Shown here in pieces: positions 25,741 through 34,084 of a stretch of 64,000 bases of DNA. The stretch covers positions 2,007,898-2,071,897 of the forward strand of contig OZ241338.1 of the NCBI GenBank assembly GCA_965200075.1, read 5' to 3'. Both the position numbers and the translations under genes were made by a program. The notes beneath the pieces are model-generated. The model saw only the letters and a list, made by a program, of their open reading frames with translations. It did no database searches and was not told the DNA's origin. The DNA comes from Capsulimonadaceae bacterium. GTDB taxonomy: Bacteria > Armatimonadota > Armatimonadia > Armatimonadales > Capsulimonadaceae. Position 1 is the first letter of the stretch; each line of letters begins with the position of its first letter.

Positions 25741-26229
25741 TCAATCTTTTCGCAGACGACTGCCCTGTTTTTTGAGCAGGTTCACAATGTCGCGGAACTG
25801 GGTGGCGTCTTCAAACTGGCGATACACGGAAGCAAAGCGGACATAGGCGACATGGTCCAATCGGCGCAGGTGGTCCATGACCAGCTCGCCGATTTCCGCC
25901 GAGGGCACTTCTTTGTCCAGGCGGTTGGTCAGGGTTCGCTCAATGTCATCCGTAATGTCTTGCAGCGTTTCTTCCGAGATGGGCCGCTTCTGGCAGGCCA
26001 CGCGCAGGGAGCGCAGGAGCTTGTTGCGGTCAAACGGCTCCCGGCGCTGATGGCCGTCGCGGTCGGGCTTTTTGACCACCGTGAGCTGCATTTCTTCAAT
26101 GGTCTCAAATGTGGTGAAGCGCCGTTCGCAGTGCTTGCATTCCCGGCGGCGTTTGATTGCCTCCCCATCGCGCAGGGGCCGGGAATCCAAAACCGCATCG
26201 TCGTCATGGCCACAGTAGGGGCACTTCAT
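25741..26229 (-). CDS. nrdR: Transcriptional repressor NrdR
   Basis: MKCPYCGHDDDAVLDSRP zinc ribbon (second pair CKHCERRFTTFE) followed by an ATP-cone. Confidence 0.95.
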   Translation of the reverse strand: MKCPYCGHDDDAVLDSRPLRDGEAIKRRRECKHCERRFTTFETIEEMQLTVVKKPDRDGHQRREPFDRNKLLRSLRVACQKRPISEETLQDITDDIERTLTNRLDKEVPSAEIGELVMDHLRRLDHVAYVRFASVYRQFEDATQFRDIVNLLKKQGSRLRKD

Positions 26230-26267
26230 GGAACCTGCTTTGTTGAGACCTTCATTTGGGACGGCGC

Positions 26268-26315
26268 TTCCTATATCTTGTGCAGAATTCTAGTATAACA
26301 TACTAAATATAGGCT
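26268..26315 (-). promoter_or_regulatory. Two candidate NrdR boxes, centres 32 bp apart
   Basis: 26268-26283 TTCCTATATCTTGTGC (11/16) and 26300-26315 ATACTAAATATAGGCT (12/16), scored against the NrdR-box palindrome acaCwAtATaTwGtgt (consensus quoted from memory). The second box lies in the promoter spacer. Confidence 0.45.
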
Positions 26316-26320
26316 GTCAA
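26292..26320 (-). promoter_or_regulatory. Sigma-70-type promoter of the nrdR-nrdJ operon
   Basis: Minus strand TTGACA (26315-26320), 17-nt spacer, TATACT (26292-26297), about 60 nt upstream of the nrdR ATG. Confidence 0.55.
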
Positions 26321-26514
26321 GGAAGACTGGGGAAAGCCATGAGATTCTTTTTTCGGCGGCTCACAAAAACGGCGGTAGAACAATTGGTGTTTGCCCGGTC
26401 ATATTTTCTCTTCTTCTGATTAGACTACTCATAAACCGGGTACTGGATTTCAAACTGGAGAGGGTAACCCGTAAAGCAGCCTCAAAAACTGGAACCAAAA
26501 AATAAGGTATTGCC

Positions 26515-28365
26515 ATGAGCATTATTCATCCCCGCGACACCGTCAGCGACTTCGTAATTGACCGCCTCCTCGAATGGGGCGTTGACCACATCTTCGGCTT
26601 TCCCGGCGATGGCATCGGCGCCTTTGATGGCGCTCTGGGCCGCGCCGATAGTGCTGACTTGCCGCTGAAATACATTCGGCCCACGCACGAAGAAATCTGC
26701 GCTTTGATGGCGACTTCCTACGCCAAATGGACAGGCAAGCTTGGCGTGTGCGCCGCGACTTCCAGCCCTGGCGCCTTCCATATGCTCAACGGTCTCTACG
26801 ACGCGCAGATGGACAATCAGCCCGTCGTAGCTATCGTCGGGCAGCAGGCGCTGGAAACGCTGGGCAGCGGCTATCAGCAGGAAAACAACCTGGAACGCAC
26901 CTTTGCCGATGTCGCCGCCTATGTGCAAACCATTGTAACACCAGGGCAGGCTCAGGTCGTGATTGACCGTGCCTGTCGTATCGCTCTCACGCACCGGCAG
27001 CCCTGCGTCGTCGTGATCCCACACGACGTGCAAAAGATGAAACGTCAGGAGGCGCCCGACAAGATGGATGTTTCGCGCTCTTCGCCAGCGCCGACCTCGA
27101 TCAAAATCACGCCGCCTTTGGATGAACTGATGCGTGCCGCCGATATTCTCAAATCCGGCAAACGCATCGCTCTCCTGGTAGGCGCCGGAGCGCTGGGCGC
27201 GACCGACGAAGTGCTGGAACTTGCGAACAAAACCGGCGCGGGCATCATTACGGCGCTGCGCGGCAAAGACGTAATTCCCGGTGACGTTGATTTCAACTGT
27301 GAGCAGCTGGGGCTTTTGGGCAGTTTGCCTTCGCTTAAAATGATGCAGGAATGCGACACCTTTGTGATGATCGGCTCCAATTACCCGTATGGCGGCTATT
27401 TGCCCAAAACCGGTCAGGCGCACGGAATTCAGATCGATTTGCGACCCGGACAGTTGGGCGTGCGCTATCCAATGGAAGTTAATTTGTGGGGCGACGCCAA
27501 AGCGACTTTGCAGGCGCTTTTGCCGCTCGTCATACAGACCGAAGACCTGAGTTTTCAACAGAAAGTCTCTGAGGGCAGGCGTGCCTGGGACGGCATAATG
27601 CACGATTTAGCCTACGACCAAGCCGATCCGATCAACCCGCGCCGCGTGTTTTATGAGATGAATGAGCGTTTGCCCGATGGTGCGGTTGTGACCTGCGACG
27701 CCGGTTCAACCGCCGATTGGTACGGGCATCATGTCCACTTGAAAAAGGGGATGCGCGGCGATTTGTCGGGTCGCCTGGCGACGATGCTGGCAGCGATGCC
27801 CTACGCGGTGGCGGCGAAGTTCGCGTTTCCTGATAAGCCCGTTGTCTGCACGATTGGCGACGGCGCGTTTCAGATGCTGGGCATGAACGAACTCATCACG
27901 GTCAAAAAGTACCAGCATCTGTGGCCCAACAAACAGTTGGTCGTGATGGTCTTGCACAACGACGATTTAACGCAAGTCTCGTGGGAAATGCGAACCGAAG
28001 ATGGCAATCCGCGCTGGGAAGGCTCGCAGGCTATACAGACCGTGGATTATGCGGCCTACGCCGAAATGCTGGGGTTCAAGGGGATCACAGTCACCGACCC
28101 GAACAAAATCGGCGAAGCGTGGGACGCGGCGTTCGCGCACGACGGTTTGACTTTGCTCGATGTTCATACCGACAAAAACGTGCCGCCGCTGCCCCCGCAT
28201 ATTTCGTTCGAGTTTGCACGCAACACCGGCGAGGCTCTGCTCAAGGGCGACCCCGATGAGAAAGGCGTCATCGTGGATTCGGTCAAGGCGCTGGTTACAG
28301 AGAAAGTCTCCGAAGTCAAAGAAGCGCTGCATTTGGGACACCGCACACACGAAGACGAGAATTAA
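26515..28365 (+). CDS. Thiamine-diphosphate-dependent pyruvate oxidase/dehydrogenase (PoxB-like)
   Basis: N-terminal TPP-enzyme domain (VIDRLLEWGVDHIFGFPGDGI…) and TPP-binding motif GDGAFQMLGMNELITV…VLHNDDL. Confidence 0.85.
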   Translation: MSIIHPRDTVSDFVIDRLLEWGVDHIFGFPGDGIGAFDGALGRADSADLPLKYIRPTHEEICALMATSYAKWTGKLGVCAATSSPGAFHMLNGLYDAQMDNQPVVAIVGQQALETLGSGYQQENNLERTFADVAAYVQTIVTPGQAQVVIDRACRIALTHRQPCVVVIPHDVQKMKRQEAPDKMDVSRSSPAPTSIKITPPLDELMRAADILKSGKRIALLVGAGALGATDEVLELANKTGAGIITALRGKDVIPGDVDFNCEQLGLLGSLPSLKMMQECDTFVMIGSNYPYGGYLPKTGQAHGIQIDLRPGQLGVRYPMEVNLWGDAKATLQALLPLVIQTEDLSFQQKVSEGRRAWDGIMHDLAYDQADPINPRRVFYEMNERLPDGAVVTCDAGSTADWYGHHVHLKKGMRGDLSGRLATMLAAMPYAVAAKFAFPDKPVVCTIGDGAFQMLGMNELITVKKYQHLWPNKQLVVMVLHNDDLTQVSWEMRTEDGNPRWEGSQAIQTVDYAAYAEMLGFKGITVTDPNKIGEAWDAAFAHDGLTLLDVHTDKNVPPLPPHISFEFARNTGEALLKGDPDEKGVIVDSVKALVTEKVSEVKEALHLGHRTHEDEN

Positions 28366-28366
28366 A

Positions 28367-28765
28367 ATGGTGTCGCTTTCCGATTCGCAGTGCCGTGTGC
28401 TGCACGACGCACGGCAGCTTCTCGCGGAACAAATTGAGCTGGCGAGCGCGGCGCCTTCGACGGGACCACTCGCCGAAGTCGCTGCGACGCCGTTTGGCTG
28501 CGGTTATTTGATAGGGGTGGTGGATGCGCTTTGCCAAATTCACGGCGCTCCGTTCGATGCGGTCGCGCTGGGGATATTCGGCGTGCTTTTGGATGAAACG
28601 TGCGGGCGCGATGCTGCCGCCGAGCGCGACTCGGCGATTGATGCGCTCACGGCACCGACCGAATATTTTGATAACGGTTATCGCTACGGCGGCAACGAAG
28701 CCCTGGGGCGGAGTCGCCGCAAGTGCGTGCCTTCGGCGCTGGTTCTGATGGCACGCAAAAAGTAG
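28367..28765 (+). CDS. Hypothetical protein (132 aa) translationally coupled to the PoxB-like gene
   Basis: In-frame ATG at 28367, 1 nt after the upstream TAA. No recognisable motif. Confidence 0.45.
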   Translation: MVSLSDSQCRVLHDARQLLAEQIELASAAPSTGPLAEVAATPFGCGYLIGVVDALCQIHGAPFDAVALGIFGVLLDETCGRDAAAERDSAIDALTAPTEYFDNGYRYGGNEALGRSRRKCVPSALVLMARKK

Positions 28766-28777
28766 AAGATGGAAAAA

Positions 28778-29147
28778 TTAAGTGTCCAGCCGCCGCAAGT
28801 GGCGCAGCACAGTGACCAGCGATGTGGCATCCTGCACTTGACTGATGACCGGCAGTTCAACGGCCACCCAAAGACAGTGTGCCGGGTCGTACTCATATAT
28901 CTCCTCCCCCCAGCATCACCTGCTTGCGGCCCTGCGCGATGAGGCACAATCTCGGCTTGTAAACGCCGTGGATGGACTTAATTGGGGCTGTGGAGCGGTA
29001 CAAGTTTAGCGCCCTGATCGCTGTCGGAAATGCCCATCTTGCCCTGTCAGCCGCTCTAGTGCAGCCGCAATCTCCGGCGACGGCAAAGCCTTCGGCATGG
29101 TTTTTCTCCTTTAACTGTTTTGTCAATTTGCCCCAGACAACATCCAT
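28778..29147 (-). pseudogene. Remnant of an AraC-family regulator (N-terminal AraC_N-type domain only; frameshifted and truncated)
   Basis: MDVVWGKL…FPTAIRALNLYRSTAPIKSIHGVYKPRLCLIAQGRKQVMLGG then a stop. Deleting one base in the C6 run at 28906-28911 continues as EEIYEYDPAHCLWVAVELPVISQV…LRRLDT*. No HTH domain follows. Confidence 0.6.
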
Positions 29148-29195
29148 TTTGTGCGTGCGCCGTAGGATGAGGCAAGGACAGACGAATTTCGGGGA

Positions 29196-30242
29196 TTGAA
29201 ATACAGCGCACACGGACATAATTGCTGCACTGCGATACAAGAAAGTGAGTTACCGGCTTTGATAGACACCCGACATCTTGTCGATCCCGAACTTCTTCCG
29301 CTCGTTGACCAATATGCCAGTCAGGCAGTGAACACGCAGACATTGGACGCCCTGCGCCAGTCCATGACTGAAGCCGCGCCGGCTGATGACGGTGCAGGCG
29401 ACGGCCTCACCGTCCAAGTCGAGCGACGCTCAGTGCCTCGGCGCAACGAGTCCGGCTCCGTCCCGGTTGTGATCGTCAGGCCGTGTACCGCAAAACAAAA
29501 TCGTGGCGGCATTCTGCATCTGCACGGCGGCGGTATGGTTATGGGAAGCCCCGATGCGTGGCTTTCGCTGCTGCGCCAGGAAGCCTTTCAGCTTGACTGT
29601 GTGATCGTGTCGGTAGATTACCGCCTCGCCCCGGAAGCTGTCTTTCCGGCAGCGATTGAAGACTGCTACTCGGCTCTCTGCTGGATGGCCGAGGAGGCCG
29701 CTGCGCTCGGCGTTGACCCGGCGCGGATTGGAGTCGCCGGGGAAAGCGCCGGCGGTGGCCTTGCTGCCGCTCTGGCGCTGATGGCCCGCGACCGCAGCGG
29801 CCCGCCTCTTGCATTCCAGAACCTGCTTTACCCAATGCTGGACGACCGCACGGGCAGTGTCGGCGACAGCAACCCCGTGACCGGCCAGTTTATGTGGAAG
29901 CGCGAAGACAACCGCTTTGGGTGGGCCTCCCTGCTCGGCACCTCTCCCGGAAGCAGCAATGTCTCTCCCTATGCCGCGCCTGCCCGTGCGGATAACCTTG
30001 CTGGCCTGCCGCCAGCCTTTATCGCGGTCGGTTCGCTTGACCTCTTTGTTGACGAGGACGTCGCTTATGCCATGCGCCTCTTACGTGCTGGAGTGCCGGT
30101 CGAGCTGACCGTGCATCCCGGCGCAGTTCACGGCTTTGATTACGCCGCCGATGCCGCCGTGTCCAAACGCGTTGCCATGCAGCGGATGGACGCTTTCTTA
30201 CGGGCGCTCACAGCACCGGCCACGCATTTACAAAATCCATAA
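29196..30242 (+). CDS. Alpha/beta hydrolase, hormone-sensitive-lipase-type esterase
   Basis: HLHGGGMVMGS oxyanion motif and GESAGGGLAA nucleophile elbow. The start codon is uncertain (TTG at 29196). Confidence 0.85.
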   Translation: MKYSAHGHNCCTAIQESELPALIDTRHLVDPELLPLVDQYASQAVNTQTLDALRQSMTEAAPADDGAGDGLTVQVERRSVPRRNESGSVPVVIVRPCTAKQNRGGILHLHGGGMVMGSPDAWLSLLRQEAFQLDCVIVSVDYRLAPEAVFPAAIEDCYSALCWMAEEAAALGVDPARIGVAGESAGGGLAAALALMARDRSGPPLAFQNLLYPMLDDRTGSVGDSNPVTGQFMWKREDNRFGWASLLGTSPGSSNVSPYAAPARADNLAGLPPAFIAVGSLDLFVDEDVAYAMRLLRAGVPVELTVHPGAVHGFDYAADAAVSKRVAMQRMDAFLRALTAPATHLQNP

Positions 30243-30290
30243 GACAAAACCTATAAGACAAAACCCATAAGACAAAATCTATGAGCAATA
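30238..30290. repeat. 14-bp tandem repeat (about 3.5 copies) spanning a stop codon and the next start codon
   Basis: cataagacaaaacc / tataagacaaaacc / cataagacaaaatc / tatgagcaata. It contains the esterase TAA (30240-30242) and the ATG at 30281. Confidence 0.8.
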
Positions 30291-30817
30291 AGGAGAAAAT
30301 GATGACAGCCACCATACTGCCGGATATCAATTTTACCGATGCCGAGCGCCAAATTGCACAGTACCGTCCTACTGATCTCGCGGCACTGAACCATAATGAC
30401 CTGCGCTCATTTGTCCACGCCTGGTTCGCTGCCTTTGATCACGCCGATCCTGCCGACTTCTTTTTAGCCCATCTCGACGATACGGACATGACGTTCAGCA
30501 TGGACGGCCAAGCGCTGGCCCATGACCATGCTTCGTTTCGTGAATGGTATGCAGACGCGCTCAGGCATATTCCGTGGGATTTTCACGACATCCTCGGCAT
30601 CACCATCACCGGAAATTATGAGACCGGCTGGGGCGTCGAGTTCTTCTTCCGGCACGTCGGCGAATGGGTTGATACGCCGCAAGATGGCGCGGCTGAAGGC
30701 AAGCGGCGCGGCTTCAACCGCATCCTGCACGCCAACTGGCAGGTCGAGCATAAAGGGCACAAATACATTATTCGCCGCTACACGCTTGCCATCGCGCAGA
30801 ACATCATCCCAATCTAA
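30281..30817 (+). CDS. Hypothetical protein, possibly NTF2/SnoaL-like fold
   Basis: LRSFVHAWFAAFDHADPADFFLAHLDD…, a weak resemblance only. Confidence 0.4.
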   Translation: MSNKEKMMTATILPDINFTDAERQIAQYRPTDLAALNHNDLRSFVHAWFAAFDHADPADFFLAHLDDTDMTFSMDGQALAHDHASFREWYADALRHIPWDFHDILGITITGNYETGWGVEFFFRHVGEWVDTPQDGAAEGKRRGFNRILHANWQVEHKGHKYIIRRYTLAIAQNIIPI

Positions 30818-30828
30818 AAACAAAGAAA

Positions 30829-30862
30829 CCTGTAATGACACAATAAACTTTGTTCATTACAG
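30829..30862. other. Imperfect 14-bp hairpin after the gene ending at 30817
   Basis: cctgtaatgacacaa-taaac-tttgttcattacagg. An A-run precedes it and no T-run follows on the plus strand, so terminator function is uncertain. Confidence 0.3.
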
Positions 30863-31089
30863 GCGTCACCTGGCTCGGTTCAGATAATTCGTGCTGTCCT
30901 GCCTTTTTAAACTTCAGCCTTTATCACACAACCAACGGAGGCATTGAGTTGCCGCTGGCGGAACCTGGTCTGCCCCACACCAGCATCGGAGGCGGATCGG
31001 TCAAACTGCCACTGTGACGCTCCGGCGCCGATAGACACGCGAAAAACGGGTACAACAACGGTATCAGCAGAGGCATTGGAGGTAACTGT

Positions 31090-32094
31090 ATGCGCGTTTT
31101 ATTTATCGGCGGGACGGGTCTGATTTCCACCAGCATTAGTCGGCAGCTATTGGCGGCGGGGCACAGCGTCACGCTGTTCAATCGGGGCAAATCGGAAAAC
31201 CGTCTGCCGAACGGCAGTGGGGCCGAGATTATCACCGGCGACCGCAAAGATTACGCTGCGTTTGAGCAGACGTTCGCGGATAAGCACTATGATGTGGTGG
31301 TAGACATGGTGGCCTTTCACCCCGACGACGCCGCCTCGGCGATCCGGGCGTTCAAAGGCCGCTGCGGGCAGTTTATTCACTGCTCCACCGTCTGTGTCTA
31401 CTCCGGCCCCGTGGCCCAAATCCCGACTACGGAGACCGAGCCGTACCATTCTATCGGCGGCTACGGGCAGAACAAGATCGCCTGCGAGAAGCTGCTGTTT
31501 GAAGCCGCCGCGAACGGCTTCCCTATGACGATCATGCGCCCGTCGCACTCCTACGGCGAAGGCGGAGACATCCTCCGGGCGTTCGGGCCGGGCAATACTT
31601 TTGTAGATCGTCTGCGGAAGAAAAAACCGATTGTGGTGATGGGCGACGGCAACTCGCTGTGGGCCGCCTGCCATGTCGACGATGTGGCCGTGGGCTTTAT
31701 CGCCGCAATGGGCACGCAGAAATGCCTCGGCGAAGCCTACAACATCACCGCCGATGAATGGTTTACGTGGAACCAGTACCATGAGCAAGTCGCCGAAGTC
31801 TGCGGCGGCACGTTCGCCCCTGTCCATATCCCCGCCGACACGCTCTTTGAAGCCGCCCCGTCGTGGTCCGGCACCACCTACGAGATTCTGCAATGGCCGT
31901 CGGTCTTTGACAATGCCAAGCTCAAGCGCGATACGACGTATCCCGGCCAGACCATCAACTTCCGCGAAGGCACACGCCGGACGCTCAACTGGCTGGAAGA
32001 AAACGGCAAGCTCAAAGACAGCGACACCGCCGACTACGAGGACAGATTAGTTGCCGCGTGGCAGGCGAAAACGGGCGAGCTGCCGAAGCAGTAA
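31090..32094 (+). CDS. NAD-dependent epimerase/dehydratase (extended SDR)
   Basis: MRVLFIGGTGLISTSISRQLL Rossmann motif and YGQNK (YxxxK). Confidence 0.85.
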   Translation: MRVLFIGGTGLISTSISRQLLAAGHSVTLFNRGKSENRLPNGSGAEIITGDRKDYAAFEQTFADKHYDVVVDMVAFHPDDAASAIRAFKGRCGQFIHCSTVCVYSGPVAQIPTTETEPYHSIGGYGQNKIACEKLLFEAAANGFPMTIMRPSHSYGEGGDILRAFGPGNTFVDRLRKKKPIVVMGDGNSLWAACHVDDVAVGFIAAMGTQKCLGEAYNITADEWFTWNQYHEQVAEVCGGTFAPVHIPADTLFEAAPSWSGTTYEILQWPSVFDNAKLKRDTTYPGQTINFREGTRRTLNWLEENGKLKDSDTADYEDRLVAAWQAKTGELPKQ

Positions 32095-32100
32095 GACCAG

Positions 32101-33153
32101 ATGACCGAGCAAATCCAAAAGCGCCTGCGGGCCAAACAGACACCCGAGCGCATCAGCGCCGTCCGGCAGGCCGCCGCGCTGGATAGCCCCGACCGGCAGG
32201 CGCTCCTGCTGACGGCGCTGGCCGACAAGTCCCATTACGTCGCCGCCCTCGCGGCGGAGGCGCTGGGACAACACGCCGACGACACCGCCGCCGCTGCGAT
32301 GACCGACCGGCTCACCTACCTCAGTGAAGATGGCCCCGCCCAGGACCCCGGCTGTCATATCCGAAGCAATTTGGCGTTTGCCCTGGGTCGCCTGCACTAT
32401 TCCCCCGCCGCCACCGCGCTGAAAATCGGCCTCCGCACCACACAGATTGAGGCCGTCGGCGGCGTCCCTTTTGACACCGCCGCGCACCTGCGCGGCAACT
32501 GCGCCCTCGCGCTGGCCCAGCTTCGGGAAGGGGACAGCATCCGCGACATCGCCCTGCTGCTGTTCGACCGCAGCGGCAACCTGCCCGGTCACCTGGAGCC
32601 GAAAGTCAAGATGGAGCCGCGTAAAGCCGCCGCACGGGCTTTGTCCCTGACCGGCAGCGCCTCGGCCCGCCTGCCGCTGACCCTGCGGCTGGTCCACCCG
32701 GAAAATGAGGAGCCGGAAGTCTTGCAGGAGTGTATGCAGGCATTGGTGGATTTAGAAGACCCCCACGCTCCCGAGGTGCTGGCCCTCTACCTGAAGCACC
32801 GCGACTTGAACCTCGCCGCCTTCGCCGCCCTCTCGCTGGCCCGCATGCAGTCTCCCGAAGCGGCGGCTCTCATCGGCGATGCCCTCCCCCGCTTCACCGG
32901 CGACCCTTTGAAGGCCGTCGTCCTGGCCCTGACCACTCTACGCACTCCCGAAGCCACGGAGCTTCTTTATGGCCTCGTCCGATCAAACCGCGAAGCCGTC
33001 CGCCTTGCCGCCGTGGACGCCCTGCCCCCGAACTCTGCCACCCGGACTGTGCTGCAAGCCCTCGCCGCCCACGACCCCTCCCCCCACGTCAGGCAGGCCG
33101 CGCAAGCGGCGCTGGATACAAGTTCGGTTATTTTATCAAGTTTTTCAGGATGA
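32101..33153 (+). CDS. HEAT-repeat protein
   Basis: Recurrent ~30-aa helical repeats ending in …VR.AAA.AL (e.g. DPSPHVRQAAQAAL, NREAVRLAAVDAL). Confidence 0.7.
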   Translation: MTEQIQKRLRAKQTPERISAVRQAAALDSPDRQALLLTALADKSHYVAALAAEALGQHADDTAAAAMTDRLTYLSEDGPAQDPGCHIRSNLAFALGRLHYSPAATALKIGLRTTQIEAVGGVPFDTAAHLRGNCALALAQLREGDSIRDIALLLFDRSGNLPGHLEPKVKMEPRKAAARALSLTGSASARLPLTLRLVHPENEEPEVLQECMQALVDLEDPHAPEVLALYLKHRDLNLAAFAALSLARMQSPEAAALIGDALPRFTGDPLKAVVLALTTLRTPEATELLYGLVRSNREAVRLAAVDALPPNSATRTVLQALAAHDPSPHVRQAAQAALDTSSVILSSFSG

Positions 33154-34051
33154 ATGCGACATTCGCGGGCCGCTCTGCCAGACGGCGCATGAAGTACGGA
33201 TACCACGCGCCGCCAAACGGGACATAGGCACGGACGTTGTACCCTTCCGCCGCCAGACCTTCCTGCAAATCGCGCCGGATACCCAGCAGCATTTGAAACT
33301 CGAAGCCCTGGCTGGAAAGCTTTTGCTCCCGCAGGAACTGTTTGGCCTTGTGGATAATCGCTTCGTCCTGCGTGGCGATGGCGGGGTAATCGCCGTCCAG
33401 CAGCAGCGCCTGCATTTGACGAATGTACGCGGCATCCACATCCGCTTTGTCGGAGTAGGCCACGGAGGCCGGTTCGGCATACGCGCCTTTCACCAGACGA
33501 ACCCGGATGCCCTCGGCAATCAGCAGCTTCAGGTCGGCGTCCGTGCGGTACAGATACGATTGCAGCACCGTTCCCACTGCGGCAAACTCGGCATGAGCCG
33601 CCCGCACAATGTCCAGCGTTCGCTGCGTGTAAACCGCGCCCTCCATATCGACGCGCACAAAAACATCGCCTGCGGCCTGCGCCGCCGTTAATAGGCGTCG
33701 CAGATGTCCGGCGGCCAGAGCGTCGCCGAGGTCAAGACCCAGGGCGGTCAGCTTGATACTGATATAGGGCGACGGCAGGCCACTGCCGGCCAGCGCCTCC
33801 AGCACGGCGATATAGGCGGAGGCAGCCGCTTCCGCTTCCGCCTCCGTGGCAACGTTCTCTCCCAGCAAATCCAAAGCCGTATTGATCTGATGCGCTTGCA
33901 GCCCTTTTGCGGCGGTCAACGCTTCGGACAGCGTCTCTCCGGCGACAAATCGCTGGATCAGCCCTTTGGAGAGGCCGTTCTGAGAAATTGTCTGCCGAAC
34001 AGTTGAATTATCGGCGAGTGATAAAAGAAGGCGGCGGGCACTTAAAGGCAT
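33128..34051 (-). CDS. Proline dehydrogenase (monofunctional)
   Basis: FVAGETLSEALTAAKGLQ…NTALDLLGENV…, TIM-barrel PRODH pattern ending …GGAWYPYFMRRLAERPANV. Confidence 0.85.
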   Translation of the reverse strand: MPLSARRLLLSLADNSTVRQTISQNGLSKGLIQRFVAGETLSEALTAAKGLQAHQINTALDLLGENVATEAEAEAAASAYIAVLEALAGSGLPSPYISIKLTALGLDLGDALAAGHLRRLLTAAQAAGDVFVRVDMEGAVYTQRTLDIVRAAHAEFAAVGTVLQSYLYRTDADLKLLIAEGIRVRLVKGAYAEPASVAYSDKADVDAAYIRQMQALLLDGDYPAIATQDEAIIHKAKQFLREQKLSSQGFEFQMLLGIRRDLQEGLAAEGYNVRAYVPFGGAWYPYFMRRLAERPANVAFILKNLIK

Positions 34052-34084
34052 GGCAGGTAATTCCTATCCGCATCAGGGAGCGAG

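Noticed and set aside
26230-26514. Looked for a TPP riboswitch upstream of the PoxB-like gene, and for a cobalamin riboswitch near nrdR/nrdJ.
   Set aside because: I could not find the conserved cores by eye (CUGAGA…ACCUGAU…GCCAGCG for TPP; the B12 box for cobalamin). A covariance-model scan (Rfam/Infernal) would be the decisive test.
29056-29343. 95-aa minus ORF, and 28684..28947(-), around the AraC remnant.
   Set aside because: These are alternative frames of the same decayed region. Only the two frames joined by the C6-run shift give AraC_N-like sequence.
30863-31089. 227-nt leader before the epimerase gene, with a duplicated gaggcattg(a)g motif and several short stems. Possible riboswitch or sRNA.
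   Set aside because: No match to any riboswitch core I can recall. The second motif copy is simply the SD region (ggaggtaactgtATG). Not supportable without an Infernal scan or RNA-seq.
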